Origin: an uncultured Cytophagia bacterium
GTDB lineage: Bacteria > Zhuqueibacterota > Zhuqueibacteria > Zhuqueibacterales > Zhuqueibacteraceae
NCBI GenBank assembly: GCA_964477305.1
Contig: CAYZFF010000001.1
Span: 7,442 to 71,441 of the forward strand
Direction of reading: 5' to 3'
DNA length: 64,000 bases
A model generated the notes under the pieces. The model saw only the letters and a list, made by a program, of their open reading frames with translations. It had not been told where the DNA came from and did no database searches. A program made the position numbers and the translations under genes. Of this stretch, positions 59,659 through 64,000 are shown in pieces. Each line of letters begins with the position of its first letter. Position 1 is the first letter of the stretch.

Positions 59659-60524
59659 TGATTTCCCGCCGTGAATTTCTCCAGCTCGGTGCAGTTGCTG
59701 GGCTGGGAATGGCCGGAATATTGAACGGACAATCCTCTGCCGAATTCGCTTTCGGTATTGTCGGTGATATTCATTACGCCGATAAAGACATGCGGATCAA
59801 TCGCTACTATCGCGATTCAATTGCGAAGCTGGAGCAATGTGTTGCCACGTTTAATGAGAGCCGGCTGGCGTTTGTGGTGATGTTGGGCGATTTTATTGAC
59901 AAAGCGCCTGACAAAGCCACGGAATTGGAATATTTAAAAACCATTCGGCAGGTTTGGGCGCAATTTCGCGGCGATAAACATTTCGTGCTCGGCAATCACG
60001 ATCTTGCGCGCTTATCCAAAACCGAGTATCTGGATAATTGTGACGCGGTGGTATCTCAGAGCTATTATTCATTCGATGCGGACGGTTATCACTTCGTAAT
60101 TTTGGATGCGGGCTTCACGAAGGCGGGCACGGCTTATGATGCCGGAAATTTTCAATGGAAAGATGCCAATATTCCGGCAGCGCAGCAAGAGTGGCTCAGA
60201 CAAGATTTGCAGAACGCCAGTACGAAGAAAACTATTGTGTTTGTACACCAAAACCTGCACGAGACCGCGAGCATTTACGGCGTGAAGAACGCTAAAGACG
60301 TGCGCCGGATTTTAGAGAAATCGGGAAATGTGGTGGCCGTCCTGCAAGGCCATGATCACAAGGGTGCATACGCGAAAATCAACGGCATTCACTATTTTAC
60401 CTTAAAAGCGTTGGTGGATGGTGCGACGTTAAAAAATAATGCTTACGCCATTGTGACGATAGCACCGAATGGCCGCCTGAGCTTGCGCGGCTTTGGAAAA
60501 GAGCAAGATTTCATTTTTGTTTAA
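59658..60524 (+). CDS. Tat-signal metallophosphoesterase (calcineurin-like)
   Basis: Twin-arginine-like MISRREFLQLGAVAGLGMAG. MPE motifs GDIHY, LGDFID, GNHD, VFVHQNLH, GHDHKG. Confidence 0.8.
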   Translation: MISRREFLQLGAVAGLGMAGILNGQSSAEFAFGIVGDIHYADKDMRINRYYRDSIAKLEQCVATFNESRLAFVVMLGDFIDKAPDKATELEYLKTIRQVWAQFRGDKHFVLGNHDLARLSKTEYLDNCDAVVSQSYYSFDADGYHFVILDAGFTKAGTAYDAGNFQWKDANIPAAQQEWLRQDLQNASTKKTIVFVHQNLHETASIYGVKNAKDVRRILEKSGNVVAVLQGHDHKGAYAKINGIHYFTLKALVDGATLKNNAYAIVTIAPNGRLSLRGFGKEQDFIFV

Positions 60525-60526
60525 TT

Positions 60527-61297
60527 ATGGAACTTCTGGTCGAAGAAAAAGCCGCTGAGCCGCGTCTTAAAAAAACGCCGGCCACCGAGGCGGCGGTGAA
60601 AAAAGAAAAAACGGTTTTTACGCCCGAAGATTATCGTTTCGAGCGCAAATATTTTGTGGCGGATTTGACGAAGCGCGAGATTCTCGATCTTGTCCGGCTG
60701 CATCCGGCGCTGTTTACGGAGATTTATCACGAACGCTTTGTCAATAATATTTATTTTGACTCGCACGAATTTGAGAGTTATTTCGCCGCGATGGATGGCT
60801 TGGCGCATCGCGTGAAGCGCCGGATTCGCTGGTATGGCAATTTGCAAGGGCGCATCGAAAAACCGGTGTTGGAGCTGAAAATCAAAGACGGGCAAGTCAA
60901 TCGCAAAGAGGATCACAAGCTGACGCCGTTTGCGCTCGACGAAAACTACAGTTTCAACACCACCGGCGAAGTTTTCAAAAATTCTGGGCTGCCGGAGAAA
61001 TTAAAGGAAGAAATGCTGGGGTTGCAGCCGTCGCTGGTCAATCGTTATCGCCGCCAGTATTTTATGTCGGCCAACCGGCAGTATCGTGTGACAGTGGACA
61101 CCGATCTCGAATATTATCGCATTAAACCGTGCGACAATACATTTTTAGATCGTTGGATTGACCGCGATAACGTGATCGTTGAACTGAAATACGCGAACGC
61201 GGAAGATCGCAATGCGGATTTGGTCTCGCGCCGTTTTCCGTTTCGCGTGACCAAAAGCTCGAAATATTGCATGGGCATCGAAAGATTTTATTTATAA
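60527..61297 (+). CDS. VTC-domain (polyphosphate-polymerase/CYTH-like) protein (copy 1)
   Basis: FERKYFV start of domain, RIRWYG, LELKIK, RRQYFMS, IVELKY alternating beta-strand pattern. Collinear with ORF 62143. Confidence 0.6.
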   Translation: MELLVEEKAAEPRLKKTPATEAAVKKEKTVFTPEDYRFERKYFVADLTKREILDLVRLHPALFTEIYHERFVNNIYFDSHEFESYFAAMDGLAHRVKRRIRWYGNLQGRIEKPVLELKIKDGQVNRKEDHKLTPFALDENYSFNTTGEVFKNSGLPEKLKEEMLGLQPSLVNRYRRQYFMSANRQYRVTVDTDLEYYRIKPCDNTFLDRWIDRDNVIVELKYANAEDRNADLVSRRFPFRVTKSSKYCMGIERFYL

Positions 61298-61336
61298 ATT
61301 CTAACAACTTTAAAGGAAATCGCAGGAGCACCTTCT

Positions 61337-62008
61337 ATGAATCCTTCCAGTGTATTAAAAATTGATTTGACCCCCGGCCAAGTGGCATTGAGCTTCTTGC
61401 TCGCGTTTTCGCTGGCGTTTATCTGGGCAACGGTCTATCGCAAAACCCACAGCGGCGTCGCCTACACGCGCTCGTTTTTTCTGACGTTGCTGTTGATTGC
61501 ACCGATTGTAACGATGGTGATGATGGCCATTGGCAGCAACGTGGCGCTGTCACTCGGCTTGGTCGGTTCCTTGTCCGTCATTCGTTTTCGCACCGTCATT
61601 AAAGACTCCAAAGACATGGTGTTCTTGTTCCTGGCCATTGCCATTGGCTTGTGTACCGGCGCCAATGCCTGGTTGGTCGCGGCTATCGGCACGGGCGCGA
61701 TTTCCTTGATTGCGTTGCTGATGTCGAAGATCGGCCACGCGGGAGCCGGCTCGGCGGACTATATTTTGATCTTCCGCTCGAATCAAAAAGAGCCGTGGAA
61801 TTTGTTGTCGCCGACGGCGCAAGATTTAATTCCGTGGAAGCAATTGCGCGGCGTGACGGATGTGGATTCCGGCACCGAGTTCGAGTATACGTACAACGTG
61901 CGCTTGGCCGCCAAAACTTCGCCGGAACGCCTTATCGGTGAATTTAGCAAGAACGGCGCGATGAAGCAAGTGACGATGATCACCCCGGAGAATCATTTGG
62001 ATCTGTAA
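61337..62008 (+). CDS. DUF4956-domain membrane protein (copy 2)
   Basis: Signature LSLGLVGSLSVIRFRTVIKDSKDMVFLFLAIAIGLCTGA. Collinear with ORF 58969. Confidence 0.7.
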   Translation: MNPSSVLKIDLTPGQVALSFLLAFSLAFIWATVYRKTHSGVAYTRSFFLTLLLIAPIVTMVMMAIGSNVALSLGLVGSLSVIRFRTVIKDSKDMVFLFLAIAIGLCTGANAWLVAAIGTGAISLIALLMSKIGHAGAGSADYILIFRSNQKEPWNLLSPTAQDLIPWKQLRGVTDVDSGTEFEYTYNVRLAAKTSPERLIGEFSKNGAMKQVTMITPENHLDL

Positions 62009-62034
62009 TCCGTTCGTCGTAGTGCCTTCAGGCA

Positions 62035-62063
62035 CACAGCGTTTTGATTTAGGAAACGCTGTG
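62035..62063 (+). other. 10-bp perfect hairpin after DUF4956 copy 2, followed by a 12-bp palindrome
   Basis: CACAGCGTTT (62035..62044) / AAACGCTGTG (62054..62063), 9-nt loop. ACAAAATTTTGT (62072..62083) is self-complementary. No T-tract follows, so it is not called a terminator. Confidence 0.4.
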
Positions 62064-62142
62064 ATTGCGTAACAAAATTTTGTGCTAACTCAAGCGATCT
62101 ACGTCTGAAGGCGTCACTGCAAAATTTTTTTAATTTTTAATC

Positions 62143-62907
62143 ATGACCTCCAACCGCACTTTATTATTCAATCGTCTCGAAGTGAAGTACTTCGTTGACC
62201 GCACGACCCGCACGGCGTTGACCCGGGATTTGCTGGCATTCATGCGTCCGGATCAACACTCGACGAGCGACGACGGTTACCTGGTGCGCAGCCTTTATTA
62301 TGACACGCACGATTACATGGCGTATCATGAGAAGCTTTCTGGCATGGCGCAGCGGCATAAACTGCGCGCCCGGGCTTATGGCGCGAATCCGAGCGACAGC
62401 AAATTGGTGCGCTTCGAAGTGAAGTCGCGCTATTTGAGCTACATTTACAAAACCTCGGTCGATGTGCCGCGCTCCAATTACGAAGAAGTTGAATATGCGC
62501 TCAAACGCCGCATTTTGCCGCCCACGACTTTAATGAATGACGCGAAGGTGTCGAAAGAATTTTTTCGCCTGCAACGACAATATAACATGTCGCCGAAAAT
62601 TCTTATTCAATATCGCCGGCAAGCTTTTGAGCGCAATGAAGGCAGCCGCGTGCGGGCCAATTTCGATGACGAACTGTTAGTCACGCCGAATCTCGATTTG
62701 CTGGGGCCATTGCAGGGGGCGCGCCGCTTGTTGCAATACGGCCGTGCGATTTTCGAAATTAAAGTCGACGAACATTTGCCGTACTGGCTGCACCAGCTTA
62801 TTTCCAAATACAATTTGCAAAGTCAAGCGATCAGCAAATATTGTTATGCCGTGCGCAGCGAAGCACGCATGTCCGCGGCCGGTAGGCCGGAAGAGCACGT
62901 GAATTGA
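62143..62907 (+). CDS. VTC-domain (polyphosphate-polymerase/CYTH-like) protein (copy 2)
   Basis: Motifs: RLEVKYFVD, LRARAYG, VRFEVKSR, YRRQAFE, IFEIKV. Paralogue of ORF 60527. Confidence 0.6.
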   Translation: MTSNRTLLFNRLEVKYFVDRTTRTALTRDLLAFMRPDQHSTSDDGYLVRSLYYDTHDYMAYHEKLSGMAQRHKLRARAYGANPSDSKLVRFEVKSRYLSYIYKTSVDVPRSNYEEVEYALKRRILPPTTLMNDAKVSKEFFRLQRQYNMSPKILIQYRRQAFERNEGSRVRANFDDELLVTPNLDLLGPLQGARRLLQYGRAIFEIKVDEHLPYWLHQLISKYNLQSQAISKYCYAVRSEARMSAAGRPEEHVN

Positions 62908-62939
62908 AGATAAAACGTAATGCGTAAAGCCTAATCCCC

Positions 62940-64000
62940 ATGTCACAGTCCAAACAAAAAATTACCGCCACGTTGGAGCGCGTGAGCAGCCCGGTGCGCG
63001 GCATCTGGCCGCGATTGTCGGATGCGTTGATCGGCATAAGCGCGCTGGTTGTCATTGCGTTTTGTTGCCTGACATATTCTACCACTTTGGCGCGTCGCGC
63101 CAGTGAGTTGGTGACTGGCAACAAATACCTCGCGCTGATTGACGGCTTCTTCAATCCTTTTCGCAGCCGCCATTTGTTGCTGAACTCCGGTCTGCCGGTT
63201 TACGATTTGAAAATTTCACCGGAAGAGTATAATAAAGTCGAACAGACCGTCGCGCAAAACCTCAAACACGGTTGGATGAACGACGACGCCAAAATCTGGT
63301 CGAAAGCGCAATTCATTTATGAAGGCGAAAAGCGCGGTGTGGAGATTCGGGTGCGTGGCGCGCTGCCACCGCATTGGGCGCACCCCAAAAAATCTTGGCG
63401 CATCAAATTCGGCAAAGAGAAGCTTAATGACAATGGCAAGGTGATCGAAGAGAAGATTTATTTTCGCGGCAAACGTCAGATCAATCTCGTCATCCCCAGC
63501 GACAAACTTTATGGGATGGCCACTTTCATCAATTCACTGCTGCGCAATTATAAGTTAGTGACGATGGATGATCGCTTCGTCATTCTGCGCATCAACGGTA
63601 TCGTGCAGGGCGTCTATTACGAAGTTGAACAGTTTGATAAAGCCATGTTCGCCGCAGATAATCGGCCGGAGACGCCGTTGTTCGGGCAGAATGGTCGCGG
63701 CATGCATTTCGAGCAATACACCAAATACGGCACGCCCGCGGCTTCCGACGCGAAGTATGACATGGGTTCGATCGAGCGCGCGGTTGATCCGGAGAATGAC
63801 ATCGGTATGCGGGCGATTGAAACGCTCAACGAACACGCAAAGAACCCGACGCCGGAAAATTTTCGCCGCGCGCGCAACGTGCTGGATTGGGAAAAATATT
63901 TGCGTTTTCGCTGCATGACGACGCTGTGCAACACCAATCACGTGCGTTTCGGCTCGGACAACATGAAGCTTTACTACGATCCCAGCCGCGGCCTGCTGGA
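62940..64000 (+). CDS. CotH kinase-family protein, 3'-truncated by window edge (absent from the ORF track because no stop is reached)
   Basis: I translated the frame from ATG 62940 by hand and it stays open to 64000. It has an N-terminal TM helix (ALIGISALVVIAFCCL). CotH-like blocks: EIRVRGALPPHWAHPKKSWRIKF, INLVIPSDKLYGMATFINSLLRNYKLVTMDDRFVILRINGIVQGVYYEVEQFDKAMF, CNTNHVRFGSDNMKLYYDPSRG. Confidence 0.65.
   Translation, partial: MSQSKQKITATLERVSSPVRGIWPRLSDALIGISALVVIAFCCLTYSTTLARRASELVTGNKYLALIDGFFNPFRSRHLLLNSGLPVYDLKISPEEYNKVEQTVAQNLKHGWMNDDAKIWSKAQFIYEGEKRGVEIRVRGALPPHWAHPKKSWRIKFGKEKLNDNGKVIEEKIYFRGKRQINLVIPSDKLYGMATFINSLLRNYKLVTMDDRFVILRINGIVQGVYYEVEQFDKAMFAADNRPETPLFGQNGRGMHFEQYTKYGTPAASDAKYDMGSIERAVDPENDIGMRAIETLNEHAKNPTPENFRRARNVLDWEKYLRFRCMTTLCNTNHVRFGSDNMKLYYDPSRGLL

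Noticed and set aside
1-64000. An integrative mobile element or prophage as the origin of the island.
   Set aside because: No integrase, transposase, recombinase, tRNA attachment site, phage structural gene or conjugation gene is recognisable in any frame. Only the roughly 100-bp MITE-like element at 11349..11461 hints at mobile DNA.

Overview
All family calls below come from reading motifs by eye. No BLAST, HMM, structure or RNA-folding search was run.

All 38 CDS I can support in this 64-kb window lie on the + strand. I found no rRNA, tRNA, CRISPR array, transposase or integrase. The window reads as a surface-glycan and cell-surface accessory island. The host is probably an uncultured FCB-group-like bacterium, inferred only from seven NYPNPFNP-type T9SS/FlgD-Ig-like C-terminal sorting domains.

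**Left end (1-9.8 kb): Wzx/Wzy-type exopolysaccharide (EPS) genes.**
- A GumC/Wzz-like chain-length determinant, truncated by the window edge.
- A tyrosine-kinase (BY-kinase)-like P-loop protein whose Walker A lysine is Val and which has no C-terminal Tyr cluster.
- A membrane protein with a degenerate GGDEF domain.
- A priming sugar-phosphate transferase, a GT2 and an HprK-like P-loop protein.
- Three of the four GDP-D-glycero-alpha-D-manno-heptose genes (hddC, hddA, gmhB).
- A membrane-anchored beta-helix protein.

**Middle (9.8-37.7 kb): seven consecutive secreted proteins ending in the sorting domain.**
- The first is a clear beta-propeller phytase.
- The next six are giant mosaic paralogues of 856 to about 1670 aa.
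- They are permutations of a shared N-terminal roughly 400-aa WWNDGxWWG domain, IPT/TIG domains, about 25 InlB-B-repeat-like units and an embedded alginate-lyase-like domain.
- Single proteins also carry a metallophosphoesterase plus PKD module or a discoidin domain.
- All six contain a roughly 216-aa two-cysteine module, 11 copies in total, that I cannot assign to any family. This array and module are the strongest candidate for something undescribed.

**Right part (38-53.5 kb): the EPS locus resumes.**
- GT4, gmhA flanked by two paralogous membrane proteins, and two paralogous P-loop kinase-like domains.
- Wzx, a methyltransferase-like/APH-like kinase fusion, a free-standing alginate-lyase-like lipoprotein and a Wzy/O-antigen-ligase-like protein.
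- A pyruvate-kinase-like::ATP-sulfurylase-like fusion whose sulfurylase catalytic motifs are all substituted, followed by a sulfotransferase.

**Right end (53.5-64 kb).**
- A CPA2 antiporter and an alkaline phosphatase.
- A tightly packed CotH / DUF4956 / Tat-metallophosphoesterase / VTC / DUF4956 / VTC / CotH cluster.
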